The notes under the pieces are model-generated. The model made no database searches, was not told the origin of the DNA, and was given only the letters and a program-made list of their open reading frames with translations. This document shows, in pieces, positions 28,219 to 38,500 of a stretch of 64,000 nucleotides of DNA. The position numbers and the translations under genes are program-made. Numbering within the stretch: the stretch's first letter is position 1; each line of letters starts with the position of its first letter. The stretch covers positions 7,763-71,762 of the forward strand of contig CAJKAR010000021.1 in the NCBI GenBank assembly GCA_905197955.1. Reading direction: 5' to 3'. The DNA is from an uncultured Lentisphaeria bacterium. GTDB taxonomy: Bacteria; Verrucomicrobiota; Lentisphaeria; Victivallales; UBA1829.

Positions 28219-29628
28219 ATGAAGACCATACAGGAAACACTGGAAACGGAAATCTCGGCGGAAACGGATGTGCTTATCTGCGGAGGAGGCCCCGCCGGAT
28301 GCGCGGCGGCAATCGCAGCGGCAAGAAACGGATGCAGCGTCATTCTGACGGAATATCAGAGCTTCCTCGGCGGAGTTCCGGCGGCTGCCGGAGTCAACGG
28401 AATCGGAACCTTCTACTGGGATCTCGACGGGCGCGTCCTGATCTCCGGAATTCCGCAGGAACTCGTCAGCCGGATCTATCTGGCAAGCGACGGAAACAAA
28501 GAGTTCCTGAAAACCATCTTCACCCCCCGCGAAGGCGCGCCGGATTACAAGGAGACATTCGGAGGATTCTTCCTGAACAGCAATCCGGAAATGGTGAAAA
28601 TCATTCTGGATGAGATGATGCGGGAAGCGGGAGTCCGTGTTCTGCTGGAAACACAGGCGGTCCGGCCGCTCATGGACGGCAAAAAAGTGATCGGTGCCGT
28701 TACGGAATCGAAGTCCGGGCGAAGGGCGATCCTCGCACGAACCGTCATCGACTGCACCGGCGACGGAGATATCGCCGCCCGCGCAGGCGCCGAATTCGAA
28801 ACAGGACGCCCCGAAGACCATCTCTGCCAGCCGATGAGCCAGATCTTCGTCACCAGCGGCACAAATTATCCGGACCTCTATTACGGCACCGGTGAGGACC
28901 CCGATCCCAATCCCCTCACCCGCTTCCGTTTCCGCGGAGCCGTGAAGGACGCACGGGAAAAAGGCATCCTCAAGGAGAATCCCAACGACATCCTCTGCGC
29001 CGCCACCCCGCTCTCGCGAAACGATCCAACCGTGCGGGCGGTCAACTTCACCCGAATCCAGAAGTATTCCGCTCTCGACACGGATCAGAAAAGCGCCGCC
29101 CTCGCCGCCGGACGGAGACAGGTTCTGGAAGCCATGCGCTTTATCCACTCCTATGTTCCCGGCGGAAGCAATGCCAAACTGGCGCAGATCTATACCACGA
29201 TCGGCGTCCGGGAGAGCCGCCGGATCACCGGGGAGTACCGGCTGACCGCCGATGATGTCATGCAGGGACGCAGATTCCCCGATTCCATCGCCCGCGGTCT
29301 CTATCTGCTGGATATCCACAATCCGGACAAAGTGGGAGTCCCTTCCACGCTGATCCGTCTGAAACAGCCTTACGACATTCCGTTCCGGATTCTGGTACCG
29401 CGCGGACTCGAAGGAATTCTCGTGGCGGGACGCTGCGTGTCGACGGATCACATCGCGCTCTCAAGCTGCCGGATCATGTCCCACTGCATGGCGATGGGCG
29501 AAGCCGCCGGAACCGCCGCGGCTCTGGCAAAGCAGACCGGAACCGCCGCCGGACTCGTCGATCCGGAAGCCCTGCAATCGCTCCTTTCCGCCAACGGAGC
29601 CAATCCCCGCGGCCCGGCGGAAGGATAA
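28219..29628 (+). CDS. FAD-dependent oxidoreductase (FAD_oxidored-type, GlcD/thi4-like Rossmann N-terminus)
   Basis: 469 aa. DVLICGGGPAGCAAAIAAARNG dinucleotide-binding motif, DCTGDGDIA block, and C-terminal CRIMSHCMAMGEAAGTAAA. Confidence 0.8.
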   Translation: MKTIQETLETEISAETDVLICGGGPAGCAAAIAAARNGCSVILTEYQSFLGGVPAAAGVNGIGTFYWDLDGRVLISGIPQELVSRIYLASDGNKEFLKTIFTPREGAPDYKETFGGFFLNSNPEMVKIILDEMMREAGVRVLLETQAVRPLMDGKKVIGAVTESKSGRRAILARTVIDCTGDGDIAARAGAEFETGRPEDHLCQPMSQIFVTSGTNYPDLYYGTGEDPDPNPLTRFRFRGAVKDAREKGILKENPNDILCAATPLSRNDPTVRAVNFTRIQKYSALDTDQKSAALAAGRRQVLEAMRFIHSYVPGGSNAKLAQIYTTIGVRESRRITGEYRLTADDVMQGRRFPDSIARGLYLLDIHNPDKVGVPSTLIRLKQPYDIPFRILVPRGLEGILVAGRCVSTDHIALSSCRIMSHCMAMGEAAGTAAALAKQTGTAAGLVDPEALQSLLSANGANPRGPAEG

Positions 29629-29657
29629 GGCATCCAGCCAGAAACAGACACCAATCC

Positions 29658-29707
29658 GATTCCCCGGCAGATGGATTTCAAAAACATCCGCCGGGGAATC
29701 TTTTTTT
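29658..29707 (+). terminator. Rho-independent terminator
   Basis: Stem GATTCCCCGGC (29658-29668) / GCCGGGGAATC (29690-29700), followed by T7. Confidence 0.85.
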
Positions 29708-29773
29708 CAGAACAAATCTTCCTTTCTCTCTTCCATTTCCAGAAAAATTTCTTAAAAAAAGAGAAAAAAGCTC

Positions 29774-29802
29774 TTGCTTCGTCAGGATACCTAACATATA
29801 AT
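29774..29802 (+). promoter_or_regulatory. sigma70 promoter of cassette B (TTGCTT-N17-TATAAT)
   Basis: TTGCTT at 29774-29779 and TATAAT at 29797-29802, 36 nt upstream of the regulator ATG. Confidence 0.5.
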
Positions 29803-29837
29803 AAAAATAGACCAAAGAAAAAAAAGTCGGAGTTGCA

Positions 29838-30896
29838 ATGCAGAAAAAAGCCCCAAAACGTGATCAGCTTTATGAATCGCTGAAAGCCGCAATTACCGGA
29901 GGAATCTATGCCCCGGGAAGTCAACTGCCGAAAGAGGTGGAATTTGCGGAAGAACTCGGGGTCTCCCGCAAGACGCTCCGTCACGCACTGGAACGACTCG
30001 AAAACGATCATCTGATCGAACGGCTCAGAAGCAAGGGAACCTTTGTGCGATTCCGCCGTTATCTTGTGCTTGCGGATAACAATGAGGATCTCTGCATGCC
30101 GTACAACTATATTATTCCGGGCATCATCCGGACTGCGGAACGAATGGGGTGCGCGGTTTCCATCTGCGCGTTTTCCGAACTGGAAAATCTGACGGAGGAA
30201 CAGGTTTCTGCCAGCATCAAAGCCCAGCAGAACGCAGGCTGCATTGTCATTACCAACAAGATTGATGAGAATACACGCATCTATCAGCAGTTGAAGCATC
30301 TGCCGCTGCCGGTGGTGCTGGCGCACGGACATCCGTCGGATCACGTTTTCACGGGCTGGCCGACCGTCGCATACGAGGAACGGACGGCGTGGCGCGCTGC
30401 GTTTGAATATCTGAAAGAACTGGGACATCGAAGAATCGCCGCCGGCTGCCATCGTTCGGATTTAAAAGAGATCCGCGGCTGGAAACAGGAGAAGTTCCTT
30501 GCTATGCTCGAAGAACTCGGACTCGATGCGGATCCGAAGCTGCTGTTTTCCCTGAACGTTCGAGGAGGAAACGCAGATCAGGCGATGCATCGTCTCTTCC
30601 GGGAACAGAAACCGCCGACCGCGGTCGTCTGTTACAGTGATTTCTGGGCACCGCATATCTACCGCAGTCTGGAAAAGTTGAATCTGCGGATTCCGGAGGA
30701 TGTTTCCATCATGGGGTTCTGCGGAGCCCCCATGGGACGCTATCTTTCCCCGACCCTCTCAACCATTGATTTCCAATATGAAAAAACCGGAGAGATGGCT
30801 CTGCGGATGCTTCTGGAACATATGCATCCGCCTCTGGAAATCGTCGATTTCAAACTGGATCCCCGAAATAGCACCGCAAAACTCAATCCATCATAA
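29838..30896 (+). CDS. AraR-like chimeric regulator (GntR-type wHTH + LacI/PBP1 domain), cassette B
   Basis: 352 aa. HTH QLPKEVEFAEELGVSRKTLRHALERLENDHLIERLRSKGTFV, followed by a LacI-type effector domain (VVCYSDFWAPHIYRSLEKLNLRIPEDVSIMGF). Confidence 0.85.
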   Translation: MQKKAPKRDQLYESLKAAITGGIYAPGSQLPKEVEFAEELGVSRKTLRHALERLENDHLIERLRSKGTFVRFRRYLVLADNNEDLCMPYNYIIPGIIRTAERMGCAVSICAFSELENLTEEQVSASIKAQQNAGCIVITNKIDENTRIYQQLKHLPLPVVLAHGHPSDHVFTGWPTVAYEERTAWRAAFEYLKELGHRRIAAGCHRSDLKEIRGWKQEKFLAMLEELGLDADPKLLFSLNVRGGNADQAMHRLFREQKPPTAVVCYSDFWAPHIYRSLEKLNLRIPEDVSIMGFCGAPMGRYLSPTLSTIDFQYEKTGEMALRMLLEHMHPPLEIVDFKLDPRNSTAKLNPS

Positions 30897-30923
30897 AAAA
30901 CTCATCCAGGAAAGGATTTTACC

Positions 30924-31700
30924 ATGAAAACAATACCAAGGAAAAAAGAGATTGACTCAAGTACGGTTCCCCGTAAATGGAAAACGAGTTCCGTTTTCAC
31001 ATTGATAGAACTCCTGGTCGTAATCTCCATCATAGCGATTCTGGCATCGATGCTTCTTCCTGCGCTCAACAAGGCGAGAATCAAGGCGAGATCCGCAAAC
31101 TGCGCCGGAAATTTGAAGAATGTCGGACTTGCTCTTCTGACCTACAGCGGCGATTTCAACGAGTACATGGTACTGCCCTGTCAGGCGGATATTTCAGGAC
31201 AGGGCAGCTACGATACCGACCGCTGGCACATGGTTCTGTGGAACTGCGGATATCTGAAAATGAACAAAGTGCTTTACTGTCCGGAAGCGGCAAGCAGAGG
31301 AAATGTGAACTACGGGAGCAGTCACACCCTACCATGGTGGAAAACGGGAAATGTCTACGGCGTCAACCGGGCAACGTTCGTCTACAACTGGAGCATCACC
31401 CGCAGAATCAAACTGACGGAAATTAAACGTCCCTCCAGCCGGATCTATGCGGCGGATACCATCAACGGCGTGGAAGGGACCAACTATATGAAACACGCTC
31501 TTGATGTTGCCAAAACAAGCAGTACCAACGGAGTCTTTTACCCCTATCATGAATTGGACTGCAACATGGTCTGGGTTGATGGCCATGTCGCTGCCAAAAG
31601 GGCCGCGACTCCTACACGCACAGGTGTATGGGATGTGCTTCCCATAAATCCCAAATATCCCACCGGATGGGGAAAAACTCTCTATCTCTACAACGACTAA
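30924..31700 (+). CDS. Prepilin-type N-terminal domain protein of the DUF1559 / H-X9-DG type, cassette B
   Basis: 258 aa. [24 protein letters not shown] starts at residue 25, followed by CAGNLKNVG and a C-terminal [13 protein letters not shown], which is an exact H-X9-DG. Confidence 0.88.
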   Translation: MKTIPRKKEIDSSTVPRKWKTSSVFTLIELLVVISIIAILASMLLPALNKARIKARSANCAGNLKNVGLALLTYSGDFNEYMVLPCQADISGQGSYDTDRWHMVLWNCGYLKMNKVLYCPEAASRGNVNYGSSHTLPWWKTGNVYGVNRATFVYNWSITRRIKLTEIKRPSSRIYAADTINGVEGTNYMKHALDVAKTSSTNGVFYPYHELDCNMVWVDGHVAAKRAATPTRTGVWDVLPINPKYPTGWGKTLYLYND

Positions 31701-31720
31701 ACACAGGATCCAAACTCATT

Positions 31721-33862
31721 ATGATGTACAGAACTCTCCTGCACTCGCTTCTTCTCCTTTCTGCCCTCCCCCTCCTCTCCGGTGCGGAAAAAAGCTCAAA
31801 GCTTCTTTTCGACTTTTCCGGAATGCAGACCGGAATCCGGAAAATGGGAACCAGCAATTATGAAATCAGAAACGGAACACTGAACCTTCATGTTCCGGCA
31901 GACAGCCCGAAATGGTCCGGAATTCTCGTAAAAGATCCCTCCGGCAAGGGCTTCTCCACCAAAGGCTATTCCGCGATTGCTTTTGATGTACGCAATCGGA
32001 CAAACGGTTTTTCCGGAGAACTTCAGGTGGAACTGATCTGTCTGGAATCCAACAAAAAATGGCGTTATCGCAGCAAAGGCGGAGTCGCTCTGCGGCAGAA
32101 CGAAACGTTTACCTGCCGGGTACCTTTTTACCGGGATCACGGTGGAAAGCTCAAGGATCCGATGCTGAGCACCGGAATCTACGTCTCTCCGGACGGATAT
32201 CCGGGAAAAGACGGAAGTCAGCGCAGTCATCTGGATCGCATCGACGAGATCAGGATCTTTGTGAATTCGGTCGGCTGGCGCGGAAAGGAACATCGGTTTG
32301 AACTGTCGAACATCCGTCTGGAAAATCCGGTTGCACCGCTGAAACAGGAACTTTCCGATCCGTCGAAATTTTTCCCATGCATCGACCAGTTCGGTCAGTA
32401 CAGACATGCGGAACATCGCAATCCGATCCGTTCCGACCGCGAACTGCGCGAACAGGCTCAAAAGGAACTGGAAGAGCTGAAACGCACAAAACCAAATCCG
32501 GAATGGACACGTTACGGCGGATGGAAAAATGGTCCATCCTTCCCGGCAACAGGACATTTCTATCCTCGCAAACATCAGGGGAAATGGTATCTGGTCGATC
32601 CGGAAGGAAAACTCTTCTGGGGACACGGAATTCAGGGGATCCGCTGGTCGGATACCACTCCCGTCACCCGCCGCGAACACTGGTTCGAAAAACTCCCGCC
32701 TGAAAACGATCCCCTCTATGCCCCCTGCTGGCTCACGGAATACAGCGGTGCCGCCTGGTACGAAAAAACAAAAGGCAAACTGACATCCTTCAACTTCAAT
32801 CTGCGCAATCTCATTGCAAAATACGGCAGCGAATATCCAAAAGGATTCATCCGGACCACCGCCATGCGTCTGCCCGCATGGGGCTTCAATCTGATCGGGG
32901 TCAACAGTTATCTGCCGCTGACCAGAGAGGCAAAAATTCCGTATATTCACAATCTCGGCGGCCGCCGTCCGAAACTCAATGGGGGCAAAGGGGTCTTCTT
33001 CGATGTCTTCGATCCGCAGTATCCGCAGAAACTGAAAGAGGAATTCACCGGACGATACCGCTTCACGCTCAACGATCCTTACTGCATCGGCTACTGCATC
33101 GACAATGAAGTGAAATGGGGAAGCGCGAACCGCTTTGCCGCGGATGTCGTCCGCTCACCTGCCTCGCAACATTCCAAAAAGAGCTTTCTGGAATCTCTCA
33201 AAAAGAACTACCGCAATGACCTGAACGCCTTCAACCGGGCGTGGAAACGTAATTTCAAAACCTGGGATGCCTTTCTGACAGCAACGGATCTGCCAGAGAC
33301 AAAACAGGGACTGAACGATCTTACCGCGTTCAATGACGAGATCATCCGTACCTATTTCAAAATCAACCGGGAGGTTCTGAAACAATGCGCACCGCACAAA
33401 CTGTATCTTGGTTCCAGAATGCATGATTATCCGGTCCGGGTCATAGGGATTGCCGCGCCGTATCTGGATGTCATTTCGCTGAATCTGTACCGTCACTCGG
33501 TTGCGGATCTTTCACTGCCGAAAACGCTGGACAAACCCGTCATCGTCACGGAGTACCATTTCGGACTGATGGATGGAGGAATCCCCGCGGGCGGAATTCA
33601 GACCTGTGCATCCAGAGCCGACCGCAAACACGCCTATTCACGCTATGTGGAAAGCGCGCTTTCGAATCCGCAGGTGATTGGGGTCACTTACTTCCAGTGG
33701 AGAAATCAAAGTCCGGTCGGACGCTATCAGGATGGAGAAAACTTCTACTGCGGATTCGTCGATGTCACCGACCGGGGCGAAAAGGAACTGGTCGAAGCGT
33801 CAACGGAGCTCGGAAAACAACTCTATCGCTACCGTCTCCACGGCATTCCCTCCGTTCCATAA
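31721..33862 (+). CDS. Secreted clan GH-A glycoside hydrolase, GH50 (beta-agarase family)-like
   Basis: Signal peptide MMYRTLLHSLLLLSALPLLSGA. N-terminal CBM-like beta-sandwich. The barrel has IDNE (putative acid/base) and PVIVTEYHFG (putative nucleophile), resembling GH50/GH42 blocks. Family call made by eye. Confidence 0.5.
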   Translation: MMYRTLLHSLLLLSALPLLSGAEKSSKLLFDFSGMQTGIRKMGTSNYEIRNGTLNLHVPADSPKWSGILVKDPSGKGFSTKGYSAIAFDVRNRTNGFSGELQVELICLESNKKWRYRSKGGVALRQNETFTCRVPFYRDHGGKLKDPMLSTGIYVSPDGYPGKDGSQRSHLDRIDEIRIFVNSVGWRGKEHRFELSNIRLENPVAPLKQELSDPSKFFPCIDQFGQYRHAEHRNPIRSDRELREQAQKELEELKRTKPNPEWTRYGGWKNGPSFPATGHFYPRKHQGKWYLVDPEGKLFWGHGIQGIRWSDTTPVTRREHWFEKLPPENDPLYAPCWLTEYSGAAWYEKTKGKLTSFNFNLRNLIAKYGSEYPKGFIRTTAMRLPAWGFNLIGVNSYLPLTREAKIPYIHNLGGRRPKLNGGKGVFFDVFDPQYPQKLKEEFTGRYRFTLNDPYCIGYCIDNEVKWGSANRFAADVVRSPASQHSKKSFLESLKKNYRNDLNAFNRAWKRNFKTWDAFLTATDLPETKQGLNDLTAFNDEIIRTYFKINREVLKQCAPHKLYLGSRMHDYPVRVIGIAAPYLDVISLNLYRHSVADLSLPKTLDKPVIVTEYHFGLMDGGIPAGGIQTCASRADRKHAYSRYVESALSNPQVIGVTYFQWRNQSPVGRYQDGENFYCGFVDVTDRGEKELVEASTELGKQLYRYRLHGIPSVP

Positions 33863-33872
33863 ACACAAAAAC

Positions 33873-33907
33873 GGCGGAATTCCGGAACCGATTCCCGGCA
33901 TTCCGCC
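33873..33907. terminator. Hairpin between convergent genes
   Basis: GGCGGAAT (33873-33880) / ATTCCGCC (33900-33907), with an inner CCGG/CCGG stem. No clear U-tract on either strand. Confidence 0.4.
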
Positions 33908-33922
33908 TCCATTCATTCACAC

Positions 33923-35503
33923 TCACTTCAGAGTATTGAGCGACGCAGAAAATTCATTGCCCGCACTTCCCGCATGCACCTTGAGAAGCAGTTCATTTTC
34001 TCCTTTTTTCAGCACGACCGGAATCATAACCGGTTCCCGGACGCCGCCATGCATCGAATCAAAAACTTTCAGAAGTTTCCCGTTCAGCCAGACCTTTCCG
34101 AAATAATCCAGCGTCACGCCAAGAAAAACACGACGTTCCTTTTCACAGCGGATCGTGGTACGGACATAGTTCACACCGCGATTCTTCTGTCCCGTTCTCC
34201 GGAAGAGATCAACGAACTCTTCCTCCCCGGAAAGTTTTTTCCAGACTGCACCCGATTTTCTGCTTCCCGGCTCCGGCGGATAAACCGTATTCAACGCCGG
34301 AGTCGGACCATCCACACAGATATGCTCCGTTCCATAGGGCCCGGAAAGCTCCCAGACCTTTGCCGGAAGCACCTCGGTCACCAGACGCGACGTGAATTTT
34401 TTCCCCGGCAGCGGATTACCTCCCCGCTCCGAACCGCCCGCCGTCAGAAGATATGCCAGATGAACCTCCTTTTCCCCTTCAGGCACCAGAATGCTCAGCA
34501 TGTGTTCCCCCGGAGTCAAGTGATCTGCGAGAAGCACCATCGAATACCCGTATCGCGTATTGGTCCGGACCTCTTTCGGAAAACCTCCATCCACAGACGC
34601 AAGGAATTTCCCGTACTTCGGACTCATGGCAAACATCACGCCGACCACGGTTCCGCGAAACGGAATATGCATCTCCGCCCCCTTTCCACTGGAACGAACC
34701 GTGCCCTGAAGAAACATATCCCACCAATGACCGACTGAAAAGGTTTTAGTCCATCCCTTCCCATCCGGGAAAGTCTGCATATCGGCATCCAGAAGAAGCG
34801 TTTTTGCACTCATCGGTTCCGGCAGCTTCACAGACACCGACGCACGAGGATCCGGCGACCTTCTCGCTCGTTCCGCAAACGGAGCCAGCTTTCCCGCAAT
34901 CACCTCCCCGTAAAAAGCATGTCCCTTCCGGTTCGGATGCACGGAATCGCCCATCAGACTTTCCCACGGGATGCGGTTCTTCGAAAGATGGGGATCCAGA
35001 GCCACCTGCAGATCAATCTCCAGCAAACCGTAGTGTTCCGCAACAGCATGATGCCGCCCACGATTGGATTTGTTTTTTGCGGCAGTCTCCAGAAACACCA
35101 CCGCAGGCGGATTCCTCAGAGACTTCAAACGAACGACAATCGACTCCAGAAAACGGATTGCGGGTTCATCCTTCATTCCGCCGTCATTCACGGCAAACTC
35201 CAGAAAAACAAGATCGGGCTGGCGGGCAATGACATCGCGATGCAGACGGAACACCCCCAGAGAACTTCCCGTCGCACTCATTCCGACATTGTGCACGACA
35301 ACCGGACTCTCCGGAAACGTTTTTTCCAGCCACTCTCCGATCCATCCCTTTCCATCCTGCGTAATGGATCCGCCGATGAATACCGCACGCAAAGGCGCTC
35401 CCGCCGCCGCACGACGGAACACGGCTTCCACATCCTTGCCAACCTGAGCGGACAGAATACAACACACAAATCCCAGCAGAACAATCGTCAGGTAATTCTT
35501 CAT
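33923..35503 (-). CDS. Secreted SGNH/GDSL hydrolase with C-terminal galactose-binding-like domain
   Basis: Signal peptide MKNYLTIVLLGFVCCILSAQ. SGNH blocks I (FIGGSIT), III (EFAVNDG) and V (DSVHPN). The ATG overlaps the stop of the upstream AsmA-like gene (ATGA at 35500-35503). Confidence 0.8.
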   Translation of the reverse strand: MKNYLTIVLLGFVCCILSAQVGKDVEAVFRRAAAGAPLRAVFIGGSITQDGKGWIGEWLEKTFPESPVVVHNVGMSATGSSLGVFRLHRDVIARQPDLVFLEFAVNDGGMKDEPAIRFLESIVVRLKSLRNPPAVVFLETAAKNKSNRGRHHAVAEHYGLLEIDLQVALDPHLSKNRIPWESLMGDSVHPNRKGHAFYGEVIAGKLAPFAERARRSPDPRASVSVKLPEPMSAKTLLLDADMQTFPDGKGWTKTFSVGHWWDMFLQGTVRSSGKGAEMHIPFRGTVVGVMFAMSPKYGKFLASVDGGFPKEVRTNTRYGYSMVLLADHLTPGEHMLSILVPEGEKEVHLAYLLTAGGSERGGNPLPGKKFTSRLVTEVLPAKVWELSGPYGTEHICVDGPTPALNTVYPPEPGSRKSGAVWKKLSGEEEFVDLFRRTGQKNRGVNYVRTTIRCEKERRVFLGVTLDYFGKVWLNGKLLKVFDSMHGGVREPVMIPVVLKKGENELLLKVHAGSAGNEFSASLNTLK

Positions 35504-38500
35504 TTTTTCTTTTTCCTCCGGAACAGCTGCAAAATGCTGTCCACGTTTTGAATGGTGTTTTCGATATTGTCCGGATCCAGAAGATTTTCAACATTCTTCT
35601 CGGCAAACTGCACAAGAAACTCCTTGAAATCCGGTTTCGGCCCGGAAAGGGTCCCTCCGATCTTCATCGGGATCACCAGAATTCCCAGATTCAGCGATGC
35701 CGCAAGATCCAGTCCACCAGTCAGGAGATTGACCTTTCCTGCAACGGATTCGCTTTTCAGCGTTCCCCCTTCAAACAGAAACTTGTTCAGGATCACAATA
35801 CCATCCGAAACGGAAACATCCATGGTTCCCCGCTCGAATTCCACGTTTTTTGAGCCATCCAGAATTCCGGAAACATTGTCGCTTAACGTTTTAAGATCTC
35901 CGGTCAAAGCATCCAGATTCAGCGATTCCGTCAAATCGGGCACCGCATCCAGCGGAATGAACAGCAGATTCAAAGCATCAATCACATCCGCGGACGGGGC
36001 AGGAAATGAGAGATCCGCCGTCGAAGCCTTAACACTTCCCTTCAAATTCTTTTTGAAGTTCTGCGGCGTCACCCCTTTGCCTTCCATCTTCAGATCCACG
36101 GAAGACAGTGTCCCGGTCACGCCCTGATCCCGGCCCTTCATCGCAGCTTTGATCAGCGGAGGCAGAAGCAGATTTTTCATGGAAAACGCCAGAGCATATT
36201 CATAGCCGTCGGCGAAACCGGCATCCAGGGCGAATCGGAGATTCACCGGAGCACCGTTCGCAGTAAGTTTCAACGCTTCCGCCGCAATTCTGGATCCATC
36301 TATTTCCAGCGGCCCATGCAGACTCAAGACGACATCATCCGTATACTGAATTTTTTCCAATGCGAATTCAAGGATTCCCTGCCAGGCGGAGAAATCCAGC
36401 GGAGCGGGCTCCTTCGGCGGAACAACCGGAGCAGGATGCGAAACAGCACCAGCCCCTCCTGCCGGGGACTGACTCGGTCCCGCAGACGGAGTGGACAAAA
36501 CACCTCCATTCGCCGACACAGCAGAAGACTCATCTCCATTTTTCAGCAGAAGCGCAAGATTCTGCAGTTTGGCGGCATCAATGAATTTTGACGCCAGCAG
36601 AAACCGGTTTCTTCCGCCATCCTGCGCTGCCTCAGGCTCCACATTGCCGGAAAGATTGAGATCCAGAAAATCCCGATGCTGTTCGGACGCCGTCAGAGAA
36701 AGGGCGTCAAGGCGCATCCGGTCTTCCGCCAGCGAAAGACGGGAACCTAACGCAAGTTCCAGCGGCTGTTCTGCTCCGGCAATGGAAAGGCCGTCCACAG
36801 TTCCGGAAAGCGAAAGTGTCTGCACATCGCGCTCGCCGCGTTCCCATTTGACGTTCATTTCCGTTTTGAACGCCCGGATTTTTCCATTCCGGAGGAACGG
36901 AAAAGGCAGAACTCCCAAAACCTGTTCATTGAGTTCAGAAAGGAAGAGTTCCGCAGATATCGGGAATCCCGTTTTCAGATCCGGAGCGGAACAGCGCAGA
37001 TCGGCGGACAGGAATTTTTTCCGTTGGACCATCCCGGTCAAACGGCAGGAGTCCAGCACGACACCCGGAGGATTCATCATCGCATGCATGGAAAACGTCG
37101 AAGAAAGATCCATGGGGAGAACCGTCCCCTCATCCTTCGCAGAAACGAGGAATTCATTCAAGGAGGCCTTTCCCGTAAGAGCCATTTGTTTTCCTGTGGG
37201 TTTCGCCTTCAGCGCCAGAGAAAAGAGACCGGACTTCACGGGAAAACGTTTCTGAAGCTCCAGAAGTCCTGCAATCCGAGGCAGATTCAGATTTGCGGTT
37301 TGAAGCTCCAGAGTTCCGCTTCCCGTCAGAGTCTTTTCGCGGAAATCGCAGAGCCAGCTGAAATCCGGCGAGGTCCAGGCGGAAAGATTCAGTTTTCCGC
37401 TGCCGTCACGAAGATGGAATTGCAGAGTCTTCCACTCCAGCCCGTTCTCCCGCCTCATCGCCCGAAACGAAAAACGACTCCCGATGGAACGGATCTCCTC
37501 AAACAGAGAATCCGCGCTCAAATCGGCATTTCCTTCCGCCACGATCGCATCCCCGGCCTCTGCCACAGAGGCTGTGACATTTGCAGTCAGCACCGCATTC
37601 TTCCATGTTTTCCCCGTATAGGCCCGGATCAGAGAATCCAGCAGAGCGGAAGGAGTGGTTTTCAAGGAAGCCGAGAGCCGTCCGGAAAGAGTCTTCCACA
37701 GGATTCCGCCGCTCAGATCCGCTTTCAGCACCTCGGTCCCGGCGCCATCTTTCAAACGCAGAGAAGAGGAACGCACCAGAATCTGTTCGCCGTTCCATCC
37801 CGCATTCAGACGCATGGAAAACGCCGCACCCAGGGGGTTGATCCTCTTCCCGGAAAGAGTCATCGTTCCCGAAGAAAACTCCGCCTCGATTCCGGAAGGG
37901 ATCAGAGAATCCGAAACAAAATCGACTCTGGCATTTCCGGACACGGGAGTGCGCGCAATCTCCATCTGTTCCGACTCCATGCGGAAAGCAGATTCAAAAC
38001 GGATCGAGGCCCTTCCGGCGGGAAACAGATCCGAACAGAAAATGGAAAGTCCGGAAAATTCGTAAGACCCGCCTTGCGCATCGCGGATCAGGAGAGAAGA
38101 ATCGGTCAGCTCCACTTTTTGAATGGCAATATTCAAAGAGTCTTTTTTCTCTTCGGGGACGGCAGTCGGAAGAGTCTCTTCCCGCTTCGGCTGAGAAGAA
38201 GATCTTGTTCCCGGCAAGGGATCGTTTGCCGGACCAGCGGGCGTAACGGATTTTCCGGGATGCGCGTATTCGATTACAAAGCCGGAGCCCCGCAGTTCCG
38301 AGACCGTCAGCTTTCTGGAAAAGAGAAAACCGACTGGATTGGCGGAAAGAGTCAGATTCTTTGCCGCGACCTTCATCTGCGGAGTCTTGAGAGCGGCATT
38401 TTCGGCATAGAAGGTCGGCGAGGAGAAAAGGGAAATGCGGCACGTCTCCGCCTGCACGTCGATTCCTGTACGCGACTTCACCATCGGCAGCCAGACATTC

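Noticed and set aside
26328-28343. 671-aa minus-strand ORF, longer than the + strand ORF it overlaps.
   Set aside because: Its composition is skewed (R/G/P/D-rich, few K/N/Y) and it has no RBS. The + strand ORF has balanced composition and an RBS, and is co-oriented and tightly spaced with the FAD oxidoreductase gene.
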